From positions 1 through 54,614 of the forward strand of contig CANDJR010000001.1 of the NCBI GenBank assembly GCA_947385105.1: a stretch of 54,614 nt of DNA. Reading direction: 5' to 3'. Shown piece by piece: positions 40,447-50,574 of this stretch. The position numbers were made by a program, and so were the translations under genes. Position 1 is the first letter of the stretch. Each line of letters opens with the position of its first letter. Under the pieces are notes generated by a model. That model made no database searches, was not told the DNA's origin, and saw only the letters and a list, made by a program, of their open reading frames with translations. The DNA comes from an uncultured Eubacterium sp. (GTDB lineage Bacteria; Bacillota; Clostridia; Lachnospirales; Lachnospiraceae).

Positions 40447-41568
40447 ATGTATTTAATGCTAAAGGATACAGAGGTGCTTTATTTTGATTTGGAAGATTTT
40501 GTTGTGGAAGTAATTCATAACGATCTGCTCCCTTATTGCATTCGTTCAAATATCAGGCTGCCAAACAGCACAAAAGATATTTTGCACAATGTGCAGGAAG
40601 TAAAAAGCTATTTAAGCAGCCGGGTTTTGTCATTATCCAGAGATAATGCAAAAAAAATATATGCTGCATTTCAGATTCCGCAGCTTGATTCGATTGATAA
40701 TCGGGTCAATATCTGTATCAAGTGTAAAGGGGTATCCATACAGGATAGTTACTGGGTGCGCAATGACGAAAGTGACGAACTCTGGTGTGAGATAAATATC
40801 AGGCAGAATAAGCTGAGCGACATTGTAGATCTTTCTTTATCAGGATTCAGTCCAACCATTACGACAGATAGAATATGTCCAGAGCTGACAACAAAGGGTC
40901 TTTTTCGTAAAGGGTGGGTCAGCCTGGGCGGTGATTTGTATCTCTTAAAATCAGATAAGACAAAAGATTATGTGAATACAAAAATGGAGGTACTTGCGTC
41001 AGAAATTTTAGAGTGCTTTGGAAACTGCTTGGAATGTATTGAGTATGCAGGTGATGTAAAAAAAACAGTGGACGGCGTATCCGTTGTTTCTATTTGTAAG
41101 AATTTTGTGGAAGAAGAATATTCCTTTACAGAAGCTTGGGAAGTCATGGAATACTGTAAGAGGCGCAAGATCGATTTTCGTGAATATTGCCTGAACAGAT
41201 GGGGCTATCAGTTTGCCAGTATTCCGGTTTTGGACTATATTATTATGAATACAGACCGGCATACGCAAAATTATGGATTTTTAGTGAATAACGAAACAGG
41301 CAGGATCGATCGCTTAGCGCCAATGTTTGATTTTAACTGTGCGCTTGTAGCTGACTATTTTTTAGTAGATGCTGCGGATACGCTCAGTCAGATGTTTAAT
41401 ACAAAAGAGACGTTACACGAGCTTGCTGTCCAGTATCTGCCTTATACAAATTTGACATTCCGGGAAGATAAATTTATCCAATTGGCAGCAAGTAAACATT
41501 ATGCAGATTATAAATATATTTTTGAAAGGGTCTATCAAAGAATTCAGGAATTGGGAATTATAAAATAA
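40447..41568 (+). CDS. HipA-like (CtkA/YjjJ-type) Ser/Thr kinase, orphan
   Basis: GVSIQDSYW, PELTTKGLFRKGW, LYLLK, EVLASEI, DYIIMNTDRHTQNYG (catalytic loop), LAPMFDFN (Mg-binding); start ATG 40447 or 40429. Confidence 0.8.
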   Translation: MYLMLKDTEVLYFDLEDFVVEVIHNDLLPYCIRSNIRLPNSTKDILHNVQEVKSYLSSRVLSLSRDNAKKIYAAFQIPQLDSIDNRVNICIKCKGVSIQDSYWVRNDESDELWCEINIRQNKLSDIVDLSLSGFSPTITTDRICPELTTKGLFRKGWVSLGGDLYLLKSDKTKDYVNTKMEVLASEILECFGNCLECIEYAGDVKKTVDGVSVVSICKNFVEEEYSFTEAWEVMEYCKRRKIDFREYCLNRWGYQFASIPVLDYIIMNTDRHTQNYGFLVNNETGRIDRLAPMFDFNCALVADYFLVDAADTLSQMFNTKETLHELAVQYLPYTNLTFREDKFIQLAASKHYADYKYIFERVYQRIQELGIIK

Positions 41569-41646
41569 CAGCTGGGGGCATGTCTTGAACTTTTAAAAAC
41601 ATTTCGAGTAGATTTAGATATATGTCAGATCGTCTTCAAAATACAA

Positions 41647-41779
41647 GTTACTGTTCACTTCGTTCTCAGTAACATGCAAAAATTCATCTAAAATTGCCTT
41701 CGGCAATGGAATTTTTGCATTCCTGAATCATTTTCTTACGGACTTTGCAGTAAATGCAAAGTCCTGTGTGAATAGTAAC
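41647..41779 (+). mobile_element. 133-bp GTTAC-family MITE-like element
   Basis: TIR GTTACTGTTCAC/GTGAATAGTAAC (11/12); exact 7-bp flanking repeat AATACAA (41640-41646, 41780-41786); three internal hairpins. Confidence 0.85.
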
Positions 41780-41819
41780 AATACAAAAAGAATAATACAT
41801 AAATTTAATTTATTTTTTC

Positions 41820-41848
41820 TTGCATTTTATAAAGTTATATGGTACAAT
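41820..41848 (+). promoter_or_regulatory. Promoter upstream of rpmJ / alpha operon
   Basis: TTGCAT-17-TACAAT with extended -10 TG and an AT-rich upstream tract. Confidence 0.7.
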
Positions 41849-41964
41849 GCTAGCTGGACGCTTTTAGAATAGACTCTGAAAACGCAGAAGAGTAGACAGT
41901 CTTATTTCAAAAAGAAAAGAGCTAGCTTTTTGCGCTTACAGGTGTAAGGAAAGGAGGAGTTGCT

Positions 41965-42078
41965 GTGAAGGTAAGATCATCCGTAAAACCAATTTGCGAT
42001 AAATGTAAAGTAATTAAGAGAAAAGGCAGTATTCGGATTATCTGTGAAAATCCGAAGCATAAGCAGCGCCAGGGTTAA
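41965..42078 (+). CDS. rpmJ: 50S ribosomal protein L36 (absent from the ORF track)
   Basis: GTG start after AAGGAGG; [37 protein letters not shown]. Confidence 0.98.
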   Translation: MKVRSSVKPICDKCKVIKRKGSIRIICENPKHKQRQG

Positions 42079-42411
42079 TCCAGGCCTGTTTGCAGGCAGA
42101 CAAGCGTCTGCAAAATGATTCATTATGTGCGGCTGTCAGCAGGTATATGCCTGCTGATTCATAATAAACAGCGGATACAGCTGTATCCTGCAGCTTTTAT
42201 ACCGAGGAGCTGTTGGAAAAATGTGTCAGCCTGTAAATGAACAATACAGGTTTTTGACCAGAGGCAGGTACATGCACACATTTCAGGCCGGGAAACCGGA
42301 GCTGTATGTGCCGGCTGTTTGGTTTTGTAATTGCTGCGGCAAAGCAGACAGCTTTGCTGTACTAGTATCACGAATTATACGAATTTAAGAAATTATGGAG
42401 GTGTAATACAC

Positions 42412-42780
42412 ATGGCACGTATCGCAGGTGTAGATTTACCAAGGGAGAAACGTGTGGAAATAGGTTTGACATATATTTATGGTATCGGCAGATCAAGTTC
42501 AAACCGTATTCTTGCAGAAGCGAAAGTAAGTCCGGATACCCGTTGCAGGGATTTGACGGATGAAGAAGTAAAAAGAATCAGTGCAGTGATTGATGAGACG
42601 CAGGTAGTAGAAGGCGATTTGCGCAGAGAAATTGCTTTGAATATTAAGCGGTTACAGGAAATTGGATGCTACCGTGGAATTCGTCATAGAAAAGGTCTTC
42701 CAGTCCGCGGACAGAAGACAAAGACAAATGCCAGAACCCGTAAAGGTCCTAAAAGAACAGTTGCGAATAAGAAGAAATAA
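42412..42780 (+). CDS. rpsM: 30S ribosomal protein S13
   Basis: [28 protein letters not shown]; ATG 42412 after GGAGG. Confidence 0.99.
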   Translation: MARIAGVDLPREKRVEIGLTYIYGIGRSSSNRILAEAKVSPDTRCRDLTDEEVKRISAVIDETQVVEGDLRREIALNIKRLQEIGCYRGIRHRKGLPVRGQKTKTNARTRKGPKRTVANKKK

Positions 42781-42806
42781 TTCAGAGAAAGTAGGTTAGT
42801 TTAGAA

Positions 42807-43202
42807 ATGGCTAAGAAAGTTGCAAAAAAAGTAACAAAAAAGCGTATTAAGAAAAACGTTGAACGTGGTCAGGCACATATTCAGTCATCTTTTAATAATA
42901 CGATCGTTACGATCACAGATACTGAGGGAAATGCCTTATCCTGGGCAAGCGCAGGCGGCCTTGGATTTAGAGGTTCAAAGAAATCTACTCCGTATGCTGC
43001 ACAGATGGCAGCAGAGACCGCGACAAAGGCAGCTCTTGTACACGGTTTGAAAACAGTTGACGTAATGGTAAAAGGTCCGGGTTCCGGCAGAGAAGCAGCA
43101 ATCCGTGCGCTTTCTGCATGTGGACTGGAAGTTACTTCAATCAGAGACGTAACGCCAGTACCGCATAATGGATGCCGTCCGCCAAAACGTAGAAGAGTTT
43201 AA
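42807..43202 (+). CDS. rpsK: 30S ribosomal protein S11
   Basis: [30 protein letters not shown]. Confidence 0.99.
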   Translation: MAKKVAKKVTKKRIKKNVERGQAHIQSSFNNTIVTITDTEGNALSWASAGGLGFRGSKKSTPYAAQMAAETATKAALVHGLKTVDVMVKGPGSGREAAIRALSACGLEVTSIRDVTPVPHNGCRPPKRRRV

Positions 43203-43221
43203 TTAGGAGGGATATACAAAG

Positions 43222-43815
43222 ATGGCAATAAATAGAGTACCTGTACTGAAAAGATGTAGAGCGCTTGGCTTAGATCCAAGTTATTTAGGATATAATAAAA
43301 AATCCAGAAGGAATCCACAGCGTTCCAACCGGAAATTATCAGAATATGCAATGCAGCTGCGTGAAAAACAGAAAGCAAAGTTTATTTACGGCGTGCTGGA
43401 AAAACCTTTCCATAACTATTATGAGAAAGCAGACCGCATGAAGGGTATGACAGGTGAAAACCTGATGACAATGCTGGAACGCAGACTGGATAATGTTATT
43501 TACCGCATGGGCTTTGCAAGAACAAGAAGAGAGGCAAGACAGATTGTAGGCCATAAGTTTGTACTTGTAAATGGTAAGCAGGTAAAAATTCCGTCTTATT
43601 TGATTAAGGCTGGCGATGTAGTAGAAATTAAAGAAAACAAGAAAAGCACCCAAAGAATGAAGGATGTTATAGAAGCAACCAGCGGAAAGCTGGTGCCTGA
43701 ATGGTTAGATGTAAACTTAGAAGGCTTACAGGGGACCATAAAAGAGCTACCTACCCGTGAAATGATTGATGTGCCGGTAGAAGAAATGCTTATCGTCGAG
43801 TTGTATTCGAAATAA
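43222..43815 (+). CDS. rpsD: 30S ribosomal protein S4
   Basis: QLREKQK, LERRLDNVIYR, IVELYSK. Confidence 0.99.
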   Translation: MAINRVPVLKRCRALGLDPSYLGYNKKSRRNPQRSNRKLSEYAMQLREKQKAKFIYGVLEKPFHNYYEKADRMKGMTGENLMTMLERRLDNVIYRMGFARTRREARQIVGHKFVLVNGKQVKIPSYLIKAGDVVEIKENKKSTQRMKDVIEATSGKLVPEWLDVNLEGLQGTIKELPTREMIDVPVEEMLIVELYSK

Positions 43816-43857
43816 TTGATGTAACGCACTCTTAATCCGAAAAGGAGGGACTTGGTA

Positions 43858-44817
43858 GTGTTCGATTTTGAAAGACCAAATATTGAAATTGCAGAAATTT
43901 CCGAAGACAAAAAGTACGGCCGGTTTGTAGTCGAACCTTTGGAAAGAGGCTACGGGACAACACTCGGTAATTCTTTAAGAAGAATTATGCTGTCTTCCTT
44001 ACCCGGAGTAGCCGTTAGTCAGGTGAAAATCGATGGTGTTTTACATGAGTTCAGTTCTATTCCAGGCGTTAAGGAAGATGTAGCTGAAATCATTATGAAC
44101 ATAAAGAATCTGGCATTGAAAAATACCAGTAGTACAAACGAGTCTAAAGTTGCTTACATTGAATTTGAAGGTGAAGGCACGGTCACAGCTGCGGATATCC
44201 AGGTGGATTCTGATATTGAAATCCTGAATCCGGAAATGGAGATTGCAACCTTAAATGGCGGAGCTGATTCCAAGCTTTATATGGAGCTTACCATTACGAA
44301 AGGCCGTGGATATATTAGTGCAGAAAAAAACAAGAATCCGGAATTACCAATCGGGATTATTGCAGTAGATTCCATCTATACACCGGTGGAGCGTGTGAAT
44401 CTTATGGTTGAGAATACACGTGTAGGCCAGATAACAGACTATGATAAGTTGACATTAGAAGTGTTTACAGATGGCACATTAGAGCCAGACGAGGCAGTAA
44501 GCCTGGCAGCAAAGGTTTTAAGCGAGCATCTAAACTTGTTTATCGATTTATCTGAAAATGCCAAGACTGCGGAAGTAATGGTAGAAAAAGAAGACAATGC
44601 GAAGGAAAAAGTTCTTGAAATGAATATCGACGAGCTGGAATTATCTGTTCGTTCTTTCAACTGCTTGAAGCGGGCAGGAATTAATACAGTAGAGGAATTG
44701 ACAAACAGAACGCCGGACGATATGATGAAGGTTCGAAATCTTGGACGCAAGTCTTTAGAAGAAGTATTAGCCAAATTAAAGGAATTAGGACTGCAGTTAA
44801 ATCCAGGCGATGAGTAA
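43858..44817 (+). CDS. rpoA: RNA polymerase subunit alpha
   Basis: [38 protein letters not shown]; GTG 43858. Confidence 0.99.
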   Translation: MFDFERPNIEIAEISEDKKYGRFVVEPLERGYGTTLGNSLRRIMLSSLPGVAVSQVKIDGVLHEFSSIPGVKEDVAEIIMNIKNLALKNTSSTNESKVAYIEFEGEGTVTAADIQVDSDIEILNPEMEIATLNGGADSKLYMELTITKGRGYISAEKNKNPELPIGIIAVDSIYTPVERVNLMVENTRVGQITDYDKLTLEVFTDGTLEPDEAVSLAAKVLSEHLNLFIDLSENAKTAEVMVEKEDNAKEKVLEMNIDELELSVRSFNCLKRAGINTVEELTNRTPDDMMKVRNLGRKSLEEVLAKLKELGLQLNPGDE

Positions 44818-44996
44818 GTTTTATTGGTAATCGTAAGAAGAATGAGAAAGGCTGGGCTGGTAAGCCCGTAAGTGTGCAGCCCGGTCTTGTTTCTGAAGTG
44901 GCGAATTGATAGTTGCTGCTTATTGTAAATATCAGCATCCGGCGGATAATTCCGAAGTGTGCTGCCGAATGTACCACAGACAGGAGGAAAATAGAT

Positions 44997-45554
44997 ATGG
45001 CAATGTATAGAAAATTAGGAAAGACTTCTGATCAGAGAAAAGCATTGCTGCGCAATCAGGTTACGCAGCTGCTTTATCATGGTAAAATTGTAACAACAGA
45101 AGCCAGAGCAAAAGAAATCCGCAAAATAGCAGAGAAAATAATTGCTATGGCTGTACGTGAAAAAGACAATTTTGAAGAAGTAACCGTAAAAGCAAAAGTA
45201 CCGCGTAAAGATTCTGAAGGAAAACGTGTAAAAGAAGTTGTAGACGGCAAGAAAAAGACTGTTTATGATGAGGTTGATCGGACCGTGAAAAAGGATAAAC
45301 CATCACGTCTTCATGCAAGAAGAGAAATGCTGAAGATTCTTTATCCAGTGACAAGCTCCACAACAACAAGAAAAGATGGCAAGGTTGTTACATCAAATAA
45401 GAAAAAGGATAAGAAGCAGGTAGATTTAGTAGCGCGGTTATTTGATGAAGTTGCACCAAAGTATGTGAACCGTAACGGTGGTTATACAAGAATTGTAAAA
45501 CTTGGGGAACGCAGAGGCGATGGTGCAATGCAGGTAATTATTGAATTGGTATAA
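44997..45554 (+). CDS. rplQ: 50S ribosomal protein L17 (with internal insertions)
   Basis: YRKLG...[31 protein letters not shown]; ATG 44997 after AGGAGG. Confidence 0.97.
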   Translation: MAMYRKLGKTSDQRKALLRNQVTQLLYHGKIVTTEARAKEIRKIAEKIIAMAVREKDNFEEVTVKAKVPRKDSEGKRVKEVVDGKKKTVYDEVDRTVKKDKPSRLHARREMLKILYPVTSSTTTRKDGKVVTSNKKKDKKQVDLVARLFDEVAPKYVNRNGGYTRIVKLGERRGDGAMQVIIELV

Positions 45555-45571
45555 TGATGTGATATATCGGT

Positions 45572-45616
45572 AAAAAAGAACTGTCAGAAAAGGAAACTTT
45601 TCTGGCAGCTTTTTTT
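45572..45616. terminator. Bidirectional intrinsic terminator after rplQ
   Basis: AAAAAAGAACTGTCAGAAA.../...TTTCTGGCAGCTTTTTTT. Confidence 0.7.
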
Positions 45617-45689
45617 GTGCAGCTTCATAGAAAGAAAATATGTCCAAAAGCAGTGCATGGGTCTGCAGCAGACAGATCTCGGCAGCTGT

Positions 45690-47117
45690 TTAAGCATCCC
45701 GCTGTTCTTTGGAAAGGGAAAGGGTAAAGATGAATTCTGTACCAACGCCTTCTGTACTGATAACATTGATATTTTCGCCGTGCGCCTGGATAATTTCTTT
45801 TACAATGGATAAACCAAGTCCAGTGCCGCGTTTATCTTTGCCGCGGGATACATCTGTTTTATAAAAGCGTTCCCATATTTTTTTCAAGTTCTCTTTTGGA
45901 ATGCCAATGCCAGTGTCTTTGACAGAGACAAACACTTTGTCATTTTTTTCTGTCGTCTCGATGGCTATCGAGGATTCTGGTGAACTGAATTTCATAGCAT
46001 TGTCCGTGAGGTTGTAGATAACTTGCTGGATTTTTGCCATGTCCGCTTTGACGTATAATGTCTGTCCAGAAAGAATCAGCTCTATGGAAATATGTTTTTC
46101 CTGGCAAATTCCTTCAAAAGTCAGTGCTGTCATACGGATAATATAGTTGATATCAAAACTGCTCATATATAAAATCGTTTTGCCGTGTGAGCCGTATTTA
46201 TTTAGCTCCAGCAGGCTGCTTGTCAGCTTATTTAGGCGTTCTGTTTCAAAGAGGATGATATTTAAGTACTTGTCCTGTATTTCATAAGGGATCGTGCCGT
46301 CTAAGATTGCCTCCACATACCCTTTGATAGAAGTAAGGGGTGAGCGGAAATCATGTGATACATTAGACACAAATTTACGCTGGTCATCCTCCAGCGTATT
46401 CAATTCATTTGCCATATAGTCAAAAGTTTCTGCTAAATGTCCCAGCTCGTCTCTTGTATGAATATCAATTTTTTGCGAAAAATCACCATTCAGATATGCA
46501 TCCGACATTTTCGTAATCCTGCGCAGCGGGCGGTAAATGAACAGAGAAAACAAAAGTAAAATAGACAATGATAAAATGAACACAAAAATCAGTGTTACAT
46601 ATACAACATTTAGCAGCTGGTATCCATAAGAAACGATATCTGAGATTGGTTTATGTATGAGTACATAGCCGCGTACTTTATAATTAGAGGTAATAGGAGC
46701 AAATACAGTCAGATAGTCCTCAGAAAAGGTATCGTAAAACTGATTGATTACATAATATTTGCTGCCAAAATCACTGACATTAAAGCCTTCTACAGCGCTG
46801 CCTTTATGCAGCGCTTCAGAATCATTGGAGTCTATAATAATTTTGCCTGATGTATCTATGACCTCTATTTTCGTGTTCATGTAATTACTAATGGTTGCCA
46901 TATGGCTGTGAAGCTCTGTCAGTTCCATGGAACCATTGTAATAATTCTCCGCATAAGTGGATGCAATTTCTGTGCATTCTGCGTACAATGTGTGTGCCTC
47001 GTACTGCTGTATCTGATTGCGCAGCCCGTGATAGGTAAACGTAGACACAAGTATAAAACCCAAAATCCCAAACAGTACATAGCCTGCGAAGAACTTCAGA
47101 TACAGTGTCTTTTTCAT
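45690..47117 (-). CDS. HAMP-domain sensor histidine kinase
   Basis: Two TM helices; SHDFRSPLTSI (H box), NLTDNAMKF, DTGIGI, GTGLGL. Confidence 0.95.
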   Translation of the reverse strand: MKKTLYLKFFAGYVLFGILGFILVSTFTYHGLRNQIQQYEAHTLYAECTEIASTYAENYYNGSMELTELHSHMATISNYMNTKIEVIDTSGKIIIDSNDSEALHKGSAVEGFNVSDFGSKYYVINQFYDTFSEDYLTVFAPITSNYKVRGYVLIHKPISDIVSYGYQLLNVVYVTLIFVFILSLSILLLFSLFIYRPLRRITKMSDAYLNGDFSQKIDIHTRDELGHLAETFDYMANELNTLEDDQRKFVSNVSHDFRSPLTSIKGYVEAILDGTIPYEIQDKYLNIILFETERLNKLTSSLLELNKYGSHGKTILYMSSFDINYIIRMTALTFEGICQEKHISIELILSGQTLYVKADMAKIQQVIYNLTDNAMKFSSPESSIAIETTEKNDKVFVSVKDTGIGIPKENLKKIWERFYKTDVSRGKDKRGTGLGLSIVKEIIQAHGENINVISTEGVGTEFIFTLSLSKEQRDA

Positions 47118-47165
47118 AGCATTCCTTTCTGCATGTGTAATGGAGTAATCGTTGGAACAAACATG

Positions 47166-47864
47166 CTATTTGATTTCAAATTTGTAGCCAATCCCCCAGA
47201 CCGTTGCTATGCACCAATGCTCGGTATCTTTGATTTTTTCGCGCAGGCGTTTGACATGGACATCTACGGTACGTGTGTCGCCAATATACTCGTAGCCCCA
47301 AATATGGTCCAAAAGCTGTTCGCGCGTAAATACCTGGTTTGGAGAGGAAGCAAGAAAATAGAGTAATTCCAGCTCTTTTGGCGGCATATCCAACGTTTTA
47401 CCATGGTATTCTACGCTGTAATTGGACAGATTGACAACCAGGCCAGGATACTCAACCAGTTTAATGACAGGCAGTTCTGCAGCAGGTTTAATAGGCTGGT
47501 AGCGACGCAATACAGCTTTGACGCGCGCGACCATTTCTTTGGAGTCAAAAGGTTTCATAATATAGTCGTCTGCACCTAACTCTAAACCAAGCACCTTATC
47601 AAAAATTTCTCCTTTTGCTGAGAGCATAATAATTGGAACATTGCTTTTCGTACGGATTTCGCGGCAGACTTGGTAGCCGTCAATGCCAGGCAGCATCAAG
47701 TCTAATAAAATTAAATTTGGTGCAAATTGCTGATTTGCGACTAACGCTTCTTCCCCGTCATTGACGATTTTTGTTTCAAAGCATTCTTTTGTTAAATAAA
47801 GGGAAATCAGTTCTGCAATATTTACATCATCGTCTACAATTAATATTTTTTGTTTGTTTGCCAT
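47166..47864 (-). CDS. OmpR-family response regulator
   Basis: LIVDDD, LLDLMLP, GADDYIMKPF, DTRTVDVHVKRLR, TVWGIGY. Confidence 0.96.
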   Translation of the reverse strand: MANKQKILIVDDDVNIAELISLYLTKECFETKIVNDGEEALVANQQFAPNLILLDLMLPGIDGYQVCREIRTKSNVPIIMLSAKGEIFDKVLGLELGADDYIMKPFDSKEMVARVKAVLRRYQPIKPAAELPVIKLVEYPGLVVNLSNYSVEYHGKTLDMPPKELELLYFLASSPNQVFTREQLLDHIWGYEYIGDTRTVDVHVKRLREKIKDTEHWCIATVWGIGYKFEIK

Positions 47865-47974
47865 AAAATCTCCTTTGCGGGCATGCACATGCAAGTCGAT
47901 TGCGCGAACATGCCCATAGATAATAGATAGCAGCTAAGCGGTATCTTCGTATCTCACATATCTGATAGCAATTA

Positions 47975-50356
47975 CTATTTAAACGTAACAATCGTAACGC
48001 CTGCATCGCCTTCGCCAAATTCTCCTAAATGAAAAGAATCCACATATTTAATACGCCGCAGATGAGCATGGACAGCATTGCGCAAAGCGCCAGTTCCTTT
48101 GCCATGTACAATGCGTACAGTCGATAAATGGGCGAGGTATGCGTCGTCTAAGTACTTATCAAGCGCTAAAATCGCTTCATCCACAGTCTTTCCAATCAGC
48201 ATCAGTTCTGCGGAGATATGGGAGGACTTGGACATTTTTAATTTGCCTCCACTTGTTTTAGAGAATTTTTTAGAACTCGGTGCGGTTTGTTCTTCAATTA
48301 GCACGAGATCCTTGATGTTTACCTGCGTGCGCAAAATTCCCATCTGTACAAAAAGTTCTCCTTTGGCATTTGGCAGTGTTGTTACAATGCCGCGCTGATT
48401 TAAAGTAAGTACTTGTACCGAATCACCGAGCTGTAATTTTTTCGGTGCTTTGTGGTTCACTGAAGGCTGTTTTTGATTTTTGGACAGATGTGCCTCCGTT
48501 GACTGAATCTTGCTGCGCAAAGCACTGCGTTCTTTTTCTAATTCGCTGGCACTTGGATTCGTTGTACCAAATTTATGAAAATTGCGGATGCTGGCATCTG
48601 CTGTTTCTTTTGCTTCTTTTAAAATTGCAAGTGCCTGTTCATTTGCTTCGCGGATAATTTTATCGCGGCGGCTGTCAATTTTTTCCTGTTTTGTTTCTGC
48701 CTGGATTCGGAGTTTTTCAATTTCCTGCTTGTATTGTTCAGCTTCTAGCCGCTCCTTTTCAATCGTGCTGCGGCTTTTTTCAAGCTCTGCAATTAAGTCT
48801 TCAAAATTCTGTTCACTGGTAGTAATTTGTGTTCTGGCATTAGCAATAATCTCTTTTGGCAGACCTAATTTTTCAGAAATAGCAAAGGCATTACTTTTGC
48901 CAGGAATACCGACAAGCAGGCGGTAGGTGGGACTTAAAGTTTCTACGTCAAATTCACAGCAGGCATTCTGCACGCCGTCTGCAGAAAGTGCAAATACTTT
49001 TAACTCGCTATAATGCGTGGTTGCCATCGTACGCACACCGCGGCTGTGCAGTGATGTTAAGATTGAAATGGCCAGTGCAGCGCCTTCGGTCGGATCTGTG
49101 CCGGAACAAAGTTCGTCAAAAAGCACAAGCGAATTTGGCGTCACATTTTTTAAGATCCGGATAATATTTGTCATGTGCGAAGAAAATGTACTTAGATTTT
49201 GCTCAATACTTTGCTCGTCGCCAATATCGGCAAACACATGATCAAAAATAGCAAGCTGGGAACGGTCGCCAGCAGGGATATGCAGCCCAGCCTGCCCCAT
49301 CAGCGTAAGCAGCCCGACTGTTTTTAAAGATACGGTCTTGCCGCCGGTGTTTGGGCCAGTCACAATGAGCAGCTGAAAATCATCTCCAAGCATTACATCA
49401 ATGGGAACAACAGTTTTTTTATTAAGCAGCGGATGGCGGCCGCGCCGGATATGAATATAGCCATGTGTATTAAACTGAGGGGCAATTCCGTTATAGTCCT
49501 GTGCCAGTTTTGCTTTAGCAAAAATAAAATCCAGTGTAGTCAGCAGCTTATAGTCCATCAGCAGCTGTTCGCTGTAAGCAGCTACTTCATTACTTAAGGC
49601 AGCGATGATTTTATCAATTTCGTCCTGCTCGTTTAAAAACAGTTCTTTTAACTCATTGTTTAAGTTTACAACACTTGCTGGTTCAATAAACAAGGTAGAA
49701 CCAGAAGAAGACTGATCATGAATCATACCTGGAAACTGATTTTTACAATCAGCTTTTACAGGCAGGCAGTAGCGTCCATTGCGCATCGTAATAACAGCGT
49801 CCTGCAAATAAGTCCGGGTAGTGGAATGATTCAGGATTTGTGTCATCTGGGCATGGATGCGGTCATTCATACCACGGATGCTGCGCCGTATGGATTTTAA
49901 GCGTACACTGGCATCATCTGCAATTTCGTCTTCTGAGAGGATGCAGCGGCGGATTTCTTCTACTAGCGGCGTTAAAGGCTCGATAGCCTGAAACATAGCG
50001 TCCAGTGTATCAGAAGGCGTATCCTCACGGTCTTTTCTGCCATAAGTTTTCGCGCGCTTAGCAACATCCAGCAAGGAGGCAGTATGCAGTAATTCTTCTA
50101 TGCTTAAAATACCGCCGGCTTCTAGTCGTTTTAGGGAGAATCCAATTTTATGGATACCGCTGAAAGAAATACTGCCTTTGCGGTAAATGCGTGACAGTGC
50201 TGCTGCAGTTTCTTCCTGTGCATGTTCAATAGCTGCCTGGTCTGTCATTGGCTTTAAATGCAGACAGTGCTCTTTGGCCCAGCCTGACGAAGCATGCTCG
50301 GCAAGCTGTTCTGTAATTCTGTTATATTCTAAAGTGTAGAGTACCTTTTTATTCAT
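47975..50356 (-). CDS. mutS2: MutS2 endonuclease / ribosome-splitting ATPase with Smr domain
   Basis: TGPNTGGKT, LSTFSSHM, DELCSGTDP, IVHGKGTG, GEGDAGVT. Confidence 0.96.
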   Translation of the reverse strand: MNKKVLYTLEYNRITEQLAEHASSGWAKEHCLHLKPMTDQAAIEHAQEETAAALSRIYRKGSISFSGIHKIGFSLKRLEAGGILSIEELLHTASLLDVAKRAKTYGRKDREDTPSDTLDAMFQAIEPLTPLVEEIRRCILSEDEIADDASVRLKSIRRSIRGMNDRIHAQMTQILNHSTTRTYLQDAVITMRNGRYCLPVKADCKNQFPGMIHDQSSSGSTLFIEPASVVNLNNELKELFLNEQDEIDKIIAALSNEVAAYSEQLLMDYKLLTTLDFIFAKAKLAQDYNGIAPQFNTHGYIHIRRGRHPLLNKKTVVPIDVMLGDDFQLLIVTGPNTGGKTVSLKTVGLLTLMGQAGLHIPAGDRSQLAIFDHVFADIGDEQSIEQNLSTFSSHMTNIIRILKNVTPNSLVLFDELCSGTDPTEGAALAISILTSLHSRGVRTMATTHYSELKVFALSADGVQNACCEFDVETLSPTYRLLVGIPGKSNAFAISEKLGLPKEIIANARTQITTSEQNFEDLIAELEKSRSTIEKERLEAEQYKQEIEKLRIQAETKQEKIDSRRDKIIREANEQALAILKEAKETADASIRNFHKFGTTNPSASELEKERSALRSKIQSTEAHLSKNQKQPSVNHKAPKKLQLGDSVQVLTLNQRGIVTTLPNAKGELFVQMGILRTQVNIKDLVLIEEQTAPSSKKFSKTSGGKLKMSKSSHISAELMLIGKTVDEAILALDKYLDDAYLAHLSTVRIVHGKGTGALRNAVHAHLRRIKYVDSFHLGEFGEGDAGVTIVTFK

Positions 50357-50574
50357 TGTAAAATCCTTTCTTTTCAATCGTCTGCGAAACTTATGGCAAT
50401 ACATGACGGTCCTTTTCTATTTTACCCTAAAAATTAAAATGAGAAAAGTAAATATAGAAAGAAAAATCACTATTTTCTTGAAATATATAGCAATTCCTCG
50501 TATAATCTTTACAGAAGGGTATCGAAAAACAAAGTGGGTGAGCACGAAAGAGGGAGATAAGAAGGGGGTTTTTC

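Noticed and set aside
1252-41779. GTTAC...GTAAC units as CRISPR repeats (GTT...AAC ends, ~27-36 bp)
   Set aside because: Copies are kilobases apart, in both orientations, flanked by TSDs, with no repeat-spacer periodicity and no cas genes.
8530-41779. The long elements as integron attC sites
   Set aside because: End polarity is GTT...AAC rather than RYYYAAC...GTTRRRY, TSDs are present, and there is no cassette array or integrase.
25580-45812. Many antisense and alternative-frame ORFs over ribosomal and other genes
   Set aside because: Shadow ORFs of conserved genes without SD sequences or recognisable motifs.
46902-47366. 154-aa plus-strand ORF across the two-component genes
   Set aside because: Antisense shadow of the response regulator/kinase junction with no independent support.
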